NCBI GenBank assembly: GCA_977017645.1
Contig: OZ360219.1
Coordinates: forward strand, 253,766,001-253,830,000
DNA length: 64,000 bases
Direction of reading: 5' to 3'
Source: Torpedo marmorata
Lineage: Eukaryota
Every line of letters starts with the position of its first letter. The first letter of the stretch is position 1. The notes under the pieces were generated by a model that was given only the letters and a program-made list of their open reading frames with translations, was not told the DNA's origin and did no database searches. Both the position numbers and the translations under genes were made by a program. Of this stretch, positions 24,780 to 36,939 are shown one piece after another.

Positions 24780-25625
24780 AGATTCAAGATTCAATTTATT
24801 GTCATGCAATAACACAGTGTCATATTACACAAAATTCCTTTTGCCTGCTGTAAGGCAGACAGATTCGCCATCGGCAGAAATTGCCTGAAGCGCCTCTTAC
24901 AGTCAGAGAAAGAGAAGCAAAAGAGAGTCCCCCCAGAGTCACCCAGTGTCCGTAGATCGCCTCCAGAGCTTCCGCAGCCTCCGCAGCCACACAGAGTCCA
25001 GACCAAACCATTGGCAACCCGTGCTCCAGATCTGAACTTCCGACATGGTCAAGAACCCTTCAGCGCCTTCGGCACCCCCTCGCATCCCGGTTCCGATACC
25101 TGGTACCCCTTCAGCCAGTTCGAGCCAGTCTCCAGCAGTCCGCAGCCTGGCGCGAGTCTCCCGACAGCAGCCTCCAGCAGCCCACAGCCTCCGCGGTTCC
25201 TCGCCTCGAGTCGCCAGCAGCCCGCCGCATGCATTGGTCTTTCAGCCGCAGAGCCCCCTCACTGGTCCGCCGCCATGGTCACCATCCTGTGGGTCGTCTC
25301 CTCTGCTTCTCCTTCTCAGACGGCGGGTGGTCTCCCCGTTTTCTGGTGCCCTGCGCCAGTCCTCCGCTCCCCTGGAGTCTGCAACCCCTCGTGGCTGCTG
25401 CCGATCAGAGGTGCTGCCATCTTGGGCGCAGACCCCGCGGTCGCGGGGTTTTAAATAAATCTACCGTCGGCTCCTTTAACAGGCCGTTCAAAGCCTGTGT
25501 GGAGCTGACGGCAGTCAACTGGGCGGTTGGACCCCGCAGGAGCGCTGTATCTCCGCTCCTCGCTCCCCGCGGGTCCGCACCAGCGGCAGCACTGCCGTTA
25601 CAGTGGCTCCGGCAGCGCCGCCATC
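24780..25625 (-). mobile_element. CpG-rich non-autonomous retroposon (~850 bp) with LINE-type microsatellite tail
   Basis: Minus strand starts AGATGGCGGCGCTGCC and ends AATAAATTGAATCTTGAATC. Second partial copy at 4798-5195. No coherent protein. Confidence 0.75.
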
Positions 25626-28600
25626 TGATTTCATTCAAATAAATTATAACATGGAAAGTGGAAAAAGTCACAAACAGAAATATGAATGGATTTATTTCCA
25701 ACAGTATTATTGCAGTGTTGTGTGAAACATTAACATTAATGCTGCAACAATGACCAGTAATATATCAGTAATATAATTTATATTATATTACTGATATGCT
25801 AATCAATAAACACTTCAATTGGGAAACCTCTCAAAACACCTCTATTCCAACCATTACAAAAGTTCTTCTATTTAAATTCCTTTCTCCTGCTGTGCCTTTC
25901 TCTGAGATAAAAATAATTAGAGAAGCAAGAATCACCACCTGGGGTATTGACAAGTCTCTCATTTTTAAGGGCTGCAGACAGTTATTATCCATTATGTTGT
26001 AGTACAATGACTGAGACAGAGTAAAATTGTTTCTCAATGTGTGTACTTCAAAAAAAAATAGACACAGCACTCTGGGGGACTCTTACGAGAAACTCGTTCA
26101 TGTTCTTAGCAGTATGTTTCTTTCAAATAGATAACCCTTCACGCCTGACCTCAAAAATAAAATCAATGCCAAAATTCATCTTCACGAGCTTCTTTGGACA
26201 CTGAAGTAGGGAAAAAAGCTATTGTTTTAGATTTCTGAAGCAAAGTTTGCTACTAGAGCTGTGAATTTTTATTTCTCTAGAATAAGAAAAAGATGAATAT
26301 GCACCTTGGAGTATTGATTTAGGAACTGTATAGGCAGGTTTTAAAGCTAAGACGAGTGGGTTCTGCTGATATCTCAGCTGTTCAATATATTGCCCAGTGA
26401 GGAACTGAGCTGTGCAGATTGGGAATGATGCCAGGCTGAATTCTCATTTTATGTTGAATTATTGATTTCAACCAGGTCATTGTTCAGGATACCGGTACTG
26501 TTCCCACTGCCACTGGATGAGGCATGCCTGCTGCTTATGGCTTTTCTGGAACAGATGTGTCATGTCAGTGTTGGGGAAAATCCTGGTGGGCTTGAAATGA
26601 ATGCTCCCAATTGCAGGCTGGAAGGCTCAGGCTTTATTTGCAGTGGTGCGTGCGTGCGCGGTGTGTGTGCGCACTTGTGTCAGGAGGGATAATAGGAACC
26701 AGGAGCAGGGGTGAGGGGCAAAGCACAAATCATTTTTAACTCCTTGGTTATCTCAGTAGCCCATTCTCTCCATCCTTCTATGCCCCATAGTCACACCCCA
26801 CCTGTGCCTGGATCACACTGTTTGTTCCAATGTGATTCCTTGTGGAGTCTTCAGCTGGCAGTAAAAATGGCTTGTGGCTTGTGACTGTGGCCTTGAACAG
26901 AACACTGGCTGTCAAGACACTGGAATCTGGCTACACTCACAGAACAGCTTTCACAGCTGGCAGACCCTGCGTTCCTGATTCCCAGGCACAAAGTGTCAGT
27001 GTGGTCAGGCCCATTGATTTCTTTGTGAACATCTTTGGTGTTAGTGAACTTTCACTACAACTTAGAACATGTAAACAAAATAAAAACACTGTTAAAACTA
27101 TTAAAAGCTTTACATTTTCTTTACACTTATCAAGCTCGCAGACACACACTCTACAAAGCAATTAAATTTATTAAAGCTGATTTAAACAAATAAGAAAGAC
27201 AATGACTTACTTTTACTTAGAGGGGCTGATGCCTCTCTTTCATGTGAACAAAGAGTTTTTCTTGCATCAGGTTTAACCCTACAAGGGCTCCGGGCAGATA
27301 TCCCAGCCAGACAGCTGGGAAATCTGTGGAAGATCTTGCTGCCCTGTTGGATTCCATGTAAAATCCATCTGGCACAGCCAGGCAGGGCAGGCCGAAGGTC
27401 TGGACCAATGCTAGGCTGGCAATGCATAGAAAACCCTGTGCAACTCCTGTGCATTGGCACTGGTGACGGAGATGATGATTTGCACCATTATCAACATTTA
27501 TATTTGCCATCATTTAAAGCAATTGGAAAGGAAGGACATTCAAATTCAGGTTAAACAGGAGGACAATTCAGTTATCCTGGTGGAGCAGAATGGAGCAGTC
27601 AATCAGTGTCTCAGCCTTGTCTGCAACCTGGGGTGTGACTGAGCACCTCATAATTCCTTGCTACTTTATTATTCTCTGTTCACTGGTAATTGTGTGCCTC
27701 GGCAGCAATACACAAAAATAACAGATAAATTATATTCCCAACAAAAGATGAATATTTAAATATTGTAACAAAATCAAAAATTACTGAATATCAACAGCTT
27801 GATTTGGACAATAAAAGACAGACTTTGTTTGGATGGGTCCTTCAGGCAGAAAGACTGCAGTGAAGGATACCATCTAAAATACTGATTGAAATGCTTGGCT
27901 TGGAAAGCATCCTCTTTTTAATTTCTGATTTCCAGCTGTCACAGTTTTACTTTTTATGTTTTAACCCACCAGGTCTTAATTTCCCTCACTTTCAGACAAC
28001 TGATTTCTGGTGTCTTCACAAATGCAACTTGCGATTTGAAGCTACGGAATGCAGGACGTCTGAACTTCGCTCCGACAAACAATTTGTTCATGGGAGACTG
28101 GTGTGCTCCAATTATGTAGGAAGTTGAGCAGAGTAGGTTAAGTACTTCCATCACCAGATGCCTTTGCATAGACTCACAGCATGCTGGCAGGATGTCTGCT
28201 CTGTTTCATGATTGATTTCACTCATACCCACACAAGAGCAGGTGAAACCAATTTCATTCAGCAAAGGTTTTAATCCAATTGTAAGTTTTAAAAAGTTGCT
28301 TGAACTATAAATAAAATCACCAAAATCATTTTCCACAGCTTTTGCTGGTTTCTTATGTTTTCCTGTGCTATTTACTTTCTTGAACCTTATTTAGTCACGG
28401 AAGGCAGGAAGATTTGCTTCTCTAAACTTTCAAATAAATCTGTAAAAGGAGTTTTCAAATGAAGTCATCCAGCAATGATCAGCATCTCTCATCCCAAGGT
28501 AACGAACACCTTTTCACATTTCAGCCGATTAAAAAAATAGTGTTATAGCTAATGGAAGAAAACAATTCTAATGACAGATTGTCTCGAAAACAGATTCCAT

Positions 28601-29319
28601 CACCATTCACCCAGCTCAGATCACATGCATATAAACTGTCTTTGACTGTCTTTTATTCATAATCTCTTAGGTTCCTCTTGGAACTTATATCCGGAAATGT
28701 AGCCACTTTTTTCAACGAACAAGCAGTAAGAAAGTAAAAGTACTGTATTTCTACAACTTATTTAAAATGGATGTAGATAGCTTGGCGAATTGAGAGCGAT
28801 GGGGATCAGGGACAGAGGAGGAGCTGAGTCCTGGAGCAGATCAGCCATTGAATGACAGGGCAGGCTTGAGGGCCAGGACCTGGTCATGTGTTCTTGTATT
28901 TTTTTCACAATCAGGAAGATAATGGAGAGAAAGAGGTGGACGCAGGCAAGCACAAAGTGGTTGAAGTGAGGATCAGAGGACAAGAAAGGTTCTGATGCAG
29001 CTCTAGACAACGGAGAGAAGGTGGAATTACTTTTAAAAGACTGGAGCATGTTGACTGAACAACAGCCCAGCTATGGTGGAGCAGGCTGACCATGGGCAAG
29101 GAGGAAATCTGTGTTATAGTTGAAGGTATGGACGGGTATGTGAGTTCGAGGAGGCTGGGATAGGTAAGAGTTTTGAGTGGGTAAAAAGAAGCCGTGGATA
29201 TTTGAAAGGAATGTAAAGAGTGCAGCGATGAAATGAAACGTATTGAAACAAACATTGATGTGAGAATGGCAAAGGGAAAGAGGTATGGGTTGGATAATTT
29301 AAAAAAAAAAAAAAAAGAT

Positions 29320-30295
29320 TTATAGACCAATACAGCACCGAAACAGGCCCCATGGCCCAACTCATCCACGCTGACCAAGATGCCTGTCTGCTTTAATCCC
29401 ATTTTCTTGGCCCATGTCACTCTAAAATGTTCCTATCGATGCACCCGAACATGCATCCTTCCCCTCTCACTTTAAACCTATGCCCTCTATTTTTAGACTC
29501 CCCTATCCTGGGAAAAAGACTGCGACTATCTACCCAAAGTTTGCCCCTCACAATTTTATAAACCTCAATAAAATCATCCCTTGGTCTCCTTCACTCCAGG
29601 GGAAACTGCCCCAATGTAACCAATCTCCACTTGTAACTCAATCTCTCTAGTTCAGGCAACATTCCTGTGAATCTTTTCTGCACCCTCCCTTGCTTAAGCA
29701 CACCCTTCTAAAGGTGTGGGAACCAGAGATTCACACAACACCCTGAGTGGCTGTGGTAAACCACTTTATATGTATTGTGGCCTGAGGCAGGTATGACCAT
29801 GACCTGTCTGTCTGTCCCGGTGACCCCTCCCCTTTTACCTGGAATAAAGGCCTTGAGCCAGCAACTCCTCCCCCAGTTCCGGGACAATCCAGCAGGGATC
29901 ATCAGGTCAAGTCATAGCTAGCCCTGGCTTGATTCTGCTAATAAAAGCCTGTTAATTCCTGCACTTCTAGACTCGTGTCGGTTATTGATAGGTACGTCAA
30001 TGGCACTTCACCAGCTGCAACATAATATTTTAAACAATGTCCTGACTCCGATTCTCAATGTCTCAGCTGATAAAGCAAGCCATGCACGTTCTTCAGTACT
30101 CTGTCTCCCTGTGTTCTCTCTTTTAGGGAACTATATACTTGCACCCTAAGGTCTCGCTGTAAAATAATACTCCCCAGGCCCTTGCCATTCATTGTGAATA
30201 TCCTGGCCTAGTTTAACTTCCCAAAATGCATCTCTTTACACTTGTCTGAGCTAAGTTCCATCTGCCATTCCCTTGCTTATTTTCCCAGTTGATCT
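29320..30295 (-). mobile_element. CR1 3' portion, degenerate, interrupted by a solo LTR
   Basis: tacagcaccgaaacaggccc 3' end and similarity to 15.4-16.4 kb. Confidence 0.75.
29752..29999 (+). mobile_element. Solo LTR (248 bp)
   Basis: TG...CA termini, internal AATAAA, 5-bp TSD GTGGC/ATGGC, cleanly interrupts CR1 homology. Confidence 0.75.
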
Positions 30296-30299
30296 ACTT

Positions 30300-30650
30300 A
30301 AACATGAACTTTTGCAGATGCTGGGATTTTAGTGCAATACACAAAAGTGCTGGAGAAACTCAGCAGGACACGCAGCATCTATAGGAAGTAAATGGTAACC
30401 AATATTTTGGGCCTGAGCCCTTCAAGGTATAGGCAAAACGCAGGCAGGCACCTGAATAAAAAGGTGGGGGGGGGGAGGAAGGGGCAGGGTGAAGTAAGAG
30501 ATCATAGGTGGGAGGGTGGGCGAGAAAATTGCCCTGACATATCCTTCTGACATTACTCTTTCTGCAGATACTGCCTGACCTGCTGACATTTTCCAACTTT
30601 TTCCTATTTTTAAATTTTTGATTTTCATCATCTGCAGTTTCCCCTGATTT
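30300..30650. mobile_element. Penelope-like terminal fragment with inverted end
   Basis: tgcagatgctgg...tgctggagaaactcagcagg followed by an inverted gacctgctga...catctgcag. Confidence 0.7.
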
Positions 30651-31619
30651 TCATGGGTGGGTCATGTTGTGCGGATATGGATGCGATTAAATAAAAAGAG
30701 TATGTGGGAGTAGAAGATGAGCTTGGGTTTGAGTAAACCATTGAGCTACTGATAGATGCCACATTGAAAAGTATAACCAATTATTCTGTAAATGGATGAT
30801 TACCATTTGGACACAATCAATCACAATGTTTCCTGATCATTAGAAATCCTTGTCTGTTCATTCCTTTCCTGTCTGACTGTGCTGCTGACTTGCTATATTA
30901 CAGTTTGCTTCAACTTAATGAATGCCATTTGTAAAACTCACATCTAGCTCTGGTCCTTCTGCACCTCTGACAGATGTGCTCTTTAATGCAACTTGTTCAG
31001 TAAAATTACATTATCCTGATAGAAATAGATCTCGCATACAATCAAGCACAAACTGATTTAGCAATGGAGCCATGAACATGACAATCCACGTTATCTGGAA
31101 ATTTAAGAAAATAATTCAATGCTTCCATGTATTGTATTGTAAATATATTGGATTTCGTAATTCAAATTCGAATGAAAAATTCAATGCCCAAGACAACACT
31201 GTTTGTCCCAAAAAAAGGATATGTTTATTTGTCATCAGAAAGTCTTTACTGTGGAAATTATAATTCTGATTGGGAATTCATGGCAAAAAACCCTCTTCTT
31301 TTCACTGAATTTAGAGGAACAGCTCAGTTGAAGGTAGAGGCATCGAGTCATACTATGTGGAAACATGCACTCCATCCCCAAATGTTCCACCCAGACTAGT
31401 CCCACCTGCTTGTATTTGACCGATACCCTTCTAAACCTATCTTATCCATGTATCTTACCTGCCTTAACCATCTCCTTTGGCAGCCCATTTCATACTCTCA
31501 CAACCCTCTGTGGAAAGCAGTTACCCCTCAGGTTTCTGTTAAATCTCTCCCCCATCACCTTAACATATGTCCTCTGGTTACCGATTTCCCCTACTTTTGG
31601 CAAAATACTCTATTCCAAC

Positions 31620-32010
31620 TTCTCTGGTTTCTGTTAAACCCCCCCTGTCCCATCCCACCATCTTCTTCCCCCTGTCTCCTTTCCTCTAGCTCTGTCTTTC
31701 TCTCTCTTCCCTTTTCCCTCTGTCTCCTTTCACAGAGCCAAAATCAATTCTCACGGTTCCTCTTATCATATCCAATTAACACCTTTTGTCTACTGGTCTG
31801 TACTCCTCCCCCTCCATTCTTCCCCCTTTCTTTCTCCAACATTTAATTCAGATGCTTGTCTTTTTTCACTCGTACCTTGAGGAAGGGCTCAGGCCCAAAA
31901 CACTGGTAATGTATCTTTATCTCCTATGGATGCTGTGAGGCCTGCTGAGTTCCTCCAGCATTTCTGTATTTTAACTACAATTACAGTGTCTGCAGACTTT
32001 TGTGTATCTC
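31620..32010 (+). mobile_element. Penelope-like 3' fragment
   Basis: Reverse complement of the 42140-42520 terminus, with pyrimidine-rich tract and gaagggctcaggcccaaaac. Confidence 0.75.
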
Positions 32011-32058
32011 TTTTACCCGCCTCTGTCCTGCATAAGCTTCAACCTACCCATATAGCAG

Positions 32059-32312
32059 TAAAACACGAAAATCTGTAGACACCGTGGTTGAAGTAAAAAA
32101 CACAAATGCTGGAGAAACTCAGCAGGTCAAACAGTGTCTTTTATGTAGCAAAGGTAGAAATACATAACTGACGTTTCGGGCTTGAGCCCTTCATCAAAGT
32201 ATGAAATACTTTGATGAAGGGCTCAAGCCCGAAACGTCGGTTATGTATTTCTACCTTTGCTACATAAAAGACACTGTTTGACCTGCTGAGTTTCTCCAGC
32301 ATTTGTGTTTTT
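32059..32312. mobile_element. Fold-back Penelope-end insertion (110-bp arms, 3-nt spacer) with 14-bp TSD
   Basis: Arms 32093-32202 and 32206-32315 with one mismatch. TACCCATATAGCAG at 32045-32058 and 32313-32326. Confidence 0.9.
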
Positions 32313-32326
32313 TACCCATATAGCAG

Positions 32327-33045
32327 ACCTGCCTGCCAGGATATTGGTCCCTCTCTAGTTTAAGTGCAACTCATCCCTCTTGAACATATCCCCTCTCCCT
32401 CAGAAGTAATCCCAATGATCCCTGTAGCAGCTCCTCAGACAAATTCATATGGCCTACCTTCTTATTCATGAGCTCACTAGCACATGGCATCAGTAGTAAT
32501 TCAGAGATCACTACCCTTTTCCTTCTTCTCAATCTATTACCTAATTGCCTCTACTCATTGTGCAGGACCTCATCCCTTACTCTACCTATGTCGTTTGTAC
32601 CAACGTGTACAACAACCTCTGGCTATTCACTCCCTTCCCCCTTGAGAATGTTCCCCAACTGCTCAGTGACATCATTTACGCTGGCACCCAGGAAGCAACA
32701 CACAATCCTGTAATCCCTTCCATGGCCACAGAATCTCCTGTCTGTCCCCCTCACTATCGAATAAACCATCACTGTCACACTGCCTGCCTGCACCCTTACA
32801 TTCTGAGCCTTAGAGCCAAGTCACAGTGCCTCTGACCTCACTGCTTCTGCTAGCCCCTGAAAAGTCATTCCACCAACAGTATCCAAAGTGGCATACCTGT
32901 GTTGAGAGGAATGGCCACAGGAGATCCCTGCACTGACTGCTTACTCCCCTTGCATCTCCTGGTGGTCACCCATCTATCTGCCGGCTGCCCCTTTGGTGTG
33001 ACCATCTCAGTGAAAGTCTCGCCTGTGATGTTCTCAGCATCCTAG
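32327..33045 (-). mobile_element. Old CR1 ORF1 fragment
   Basis: Similar to 18600-18815 (aggatattggtccc...gagatcactacc). Confidence 0.7.
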
Positions 33046-33295
33046 GACTTGGGACAAACCACTCTGCAATAAATCTTAAACGTTGGAGGGGAAACCAATC
33101 AATAACTTGTGAAAAGATTGCTGATAGTTTTTAAAGAAGTCTCTTTGCAAAACGATATGCTTTTTAAAAAAAATATAAAGTAAGATTAGCACAAAACCAC
33201 ATTGAATGATAAATAATCCTAGGATTTCAACCTTTCTTAGTAAATCTCAACTGCTGTATAGTTACCTCAACATGTTGTACACTGTCTCTGAATTA

Positions 33296-33490
33296 CCGTA
33301 TTTGACGGCATATAAGACCCACGGGCATATAAGGACCCCCCCCCCCCCCATTTCAGCAGAGAATATTAAGAATTTTTTTTAGTGTATTTATGGGTAAGTT
33401 GGTGAACGGGTTCCTCCTGCACCACAGCGCTGCTGGCGGGGGCCGCTGTGGTCGGCCTTCTCACTTGGGGGGGGGGGGAAGTGAGCGGTA
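33296..33490. mobile_element. Tc1/mariner-pogo-like terminal fragment
   Basis: TA|CCGTATTT...ATAAGAC...ATAAGGAC terminus. The other end is not convincing. Confidence 0.4.
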
Positions 33491-34569
33491 TGTAAGTCCC
33501 ATAAAACAGATCAGTGTGACCAAAATATCATTCACAGTTCTCACTTCATCAAAATGTCATTCTCTATTTTGCAATGAAATTTCTCGACTGCCTGATAGAG
33601 TTCTTCTGGCTGTTGTTCCAGGTTTTAAAGATCTACAGAAGGACATGCAGCAGGAGCTGAAAGACTTTCATTTGACTTCAATTATTATGCTGAAATCATT
33701 TGCTCTGATGGCATGAGTTGCAACAGACACAGTATAACCAGGAGAATAAGTAGGGGTATGCAGAGTATCAGAAATGTTGGAAGAGGAGATGAAGGAAGGG
33801 AATGGGTCTCAGATCAAGGTCACATTCATCCAAGATCCTCAGGGCCCACTATCTTAACTGCACCTCTACGAAGAATAACGAATGAGGTCTGTACTGCTGC
33901 AGGAATATCTTCATTGAAATCTGCCACTTACTGCAGCCTCAGAGCAGAGCAAGGATTGCATTGCCATTGGTTGCCAAGGTTCACAGTAGCAATAAAATGT
34001 TGCATCCTAGAACCATACAGCATGGACAAGCCACTCAGCCTGGCTAGTGGGCACCCATTCATATGAATCCCATCTTCCAGCATTTGGCCCATAGCCCTCT
34101 ATGCTCCCTGCTTATAAGGAACATAGAACATACAACATCACAGCACAGTACAAGCCCTTCAGCCCACGATGTTGTGCCAAGCTATGAGAATGCCCACATT
34201 CTATGAATAAATAGTAAACAAGCTCCTTGGGAACCCTGCATTCTCTTGATTATGTCAACTCGCCAACTAGCCAAGATATGTCTAAGTGAATGCTAGGAAT
34301 TGTCCCACAATAATGGCATTGTAACTTTGCAGAAGGTGCAATGGGAACTTATTTGAGCAATTAAATGAGGCAATATATTGGCCATTCCTAAAGTTAGAGA
34401 GTTGGAGTGACAGCATATTAACTATAAAAGGCAACTCACTGCTCTGCACAATATTTATGAAGCTCTTTTAAGAAGAAAGAACATTGGATTTGAGGAAGAT
34501 GCAAGTGCCAAAAGGGAGGTTCAGAAGAGTGAATATTTTAATTGTGAGGGATGAAAGTATATTTAATGG

Positions 34570-35015
34570 AGGCAGCACGTTTAGTGTAGTGGTTAGCGCA
34601 ACACTGTTACAGAGCCAGCGTTCTAGGTTTGAATCTGGCGCTGTCTGTAAAGAGTTTCTATGTTCTACCCGAGTCTGCGAGGGTTTCCTCCGGGTGCTCC
34701 AGTGTCAATAGTCTCCACGCGATATAAGCAGCGCATTTGTCTGTTACGTCGGAGGGAGGGGGAAGAGTGACGGCTGCGCACGGAGGAGGTTCATCATGGC
34801 AGGTAGGCACCACCACCATCCCCCCCGCTGAGTGAGTTTTCGAACGTCAGTTTGTGCCCCCCGCGGTTACCCTAATGCCCCCCTTATTAGACTTGTTCTG
34901 ACGCCGACCCTGCACCATTCAAAACGTACCAGGAGTTGTAGGTTAATTGGGTGTCAATGGGCAGCACGGGCTCGTGGGCCAAAAGGGCCTGTTACCGTGC
35001 TGTATGTCTAAATTT
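34570..35015 (+). mobile_element. V-SINE carrying a hAT-MITE fragment (34701-34911)
   Basis: tRNA head GGCAGCACG...GGTTAGCGC and V-domain. Internal block ends CTGACGCCGACCCTG, like 59326. Confidence 0.8.
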
Positions 35016-36498
35016 AATTTCTTTCTGATTTCTAATTAGAAGTTTGCCTCCAGCTTTTCCTAAGTTGATATGAGATCCTCTCTGGGTAGCACTCTTCCCT
35101 CTGATTCAGAAGTCCCATTCTGGTGAACTGAATACAAGATCTAGGTTGACACAAGAGACGGCAGATGCTAAGTTCCTCCGGCAATTTGTTTATTTGTTTG
35201 AGGTGGTTATCCAGCACAACACTGAGCGAGTGCACACAATCACAAGTGCTATCTTCCAGATAAGTTCTTAAACATAAGCCTTGTCTGCCCTTTCAGGTGC
35301 AATGAATGATTTCAGAGAAAACAGGGGAATTCTGTCCTGGCCAACAATTGTCCCTCAATCAAAAACATATGACCTGATCATTATTGTCTTACCAGTTGTG
35401 TGAGTTTGGTGTGCTCTAATTAAGTGTTGTTTCCCACATTGATGACTATATTTCAAAAGGACTTCACTGGACGTAAATTGCTTTAGGGTATTCTGAGGTT
35501 GAAGAAGGCTCTATCAAAATTTAAGCAGTGTTCCTTTTATTTTTATATGTTGGCATATACAGATTCGACTGACTGAAGAGATTTAGAAAGGAAAATTGGG
35601 CATGCTGTGTAATGGTCAGCCATTTCCTTTATTGCCCATTACATGTTCCCAATGTTTCTCAGTTCCACAAGATAAGATATTGCCTCAATGAACTTGCCAT
35701 AGTGTATTTTCCAGCCTTATGTTGGGATTACCACAGAGAATAGTGCCAGTAGGACGTGGTTGTCATGAGAATGACCAACAATAGCTGCACAAAGCAAAGA
35801 TATCCAGTTTCTTTCACAATATTCCAAATAACCTTGTCTGGGGAATTACACCATTCCCAACTTGTTTGCTGCAGAAATCATATCAATGGCACAAGCACAT
35901 TGCTCTTCTGGTAGAATTGGATTAAATTTCTGTGTGAGCCAGTCCAATCTGTAAATTTTTGCAACTCTGTTTCACTCCAGAAGTAAATGACATCATGTTT
36001 GTAGGGTTGAGAAATACAATGTCATGTGCACGGATTTCCAAAGTCATGGGCACAGAATGCAAATAAATTGGATTCATGGATGACATATATTTAAAAATAT
36101 ATAATTTGTTTATTCCACCATTGTAATCTCAAATTGTTGCTTCTTATTACATTCATTAATTGTGCTACACTAATTGCAATTTTCTGGTCCCTGTTCATGA
36201 AATAAAATTCACAGCAATCCTGCACTGTTCCAGAAGAGGAAATCACATATTAGACCTGAGGTTGACTAAAAATATACTTCCTGCTTTAGAAAACGGTGCC
36301 TCTCTAAAAAGATTGAATCACTTTTTAAATCATAAAGAAAAATAATATTATGTCACAGCCACAATCCTATTTATAAAGCATGAAATTACTTTGAGATGAA
36401 GCTCACTAGCTAATGTCACCATCTATACAATACAGTTTAAGCTGAAGACTTCTCAGTGTGCTGTTATTTCTAATCCATCTGATCTTCCACTGGATTTA

Positions 36499-36939
36499 AA
36501 CAAGAAAGTCTGCAGATGCTGTGATTGTAGGTTAATACACAAAAGTGCTGGAGAAACTCAGCAGGTCTCGCAGCGTCCAAAGGAAGCAAAGATATATAAC
36601 CAACATTTCGGGCCTGAGGCCTTTGTCATGGTATAAGCAAAAAGCAGGCAGGTGCCAGAATAAAAAGGCAGGGGAAGGAGGGAAGAAGGGGCAGGGGAGG
36701 AGCACCGGCCAACAGGCAAGACGTCATAGGTGGATATGGATGGGAGGGCAGAAGAGGAAAAAAGCTGAAGTGATAGGAGAAGAGGATTAGCTCTCTGAAT
36801 GGGGGTGGGGAGCTAGAGTAAAGGAGACAGAGGGATAGGGAAAGAGCGAGAGAGAGACAGGAGAGAGGCTTAATGAAAACCTGAGTTGATGTTAATGCTA
36901 TCTGGTTGGAGAGCGCCCAGATGGAATATTAGGTGTTCC
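36499..36939 (-). mobile_element. Penelope-like 3' fragment with 13-bp TSD
   Basis: TCCACTGGATTTA at 36486-36498 and 36940-36952. Homologous to 42140-42580. Confidence 0.85.

Noticed and set aside
25011-25701. Overlapping 100-150 aa ORFs as a novel gene
   Set aside because: Open frames occur on both strands because of high GC. The sequence is a repeat with a second copy at 4798-5195.
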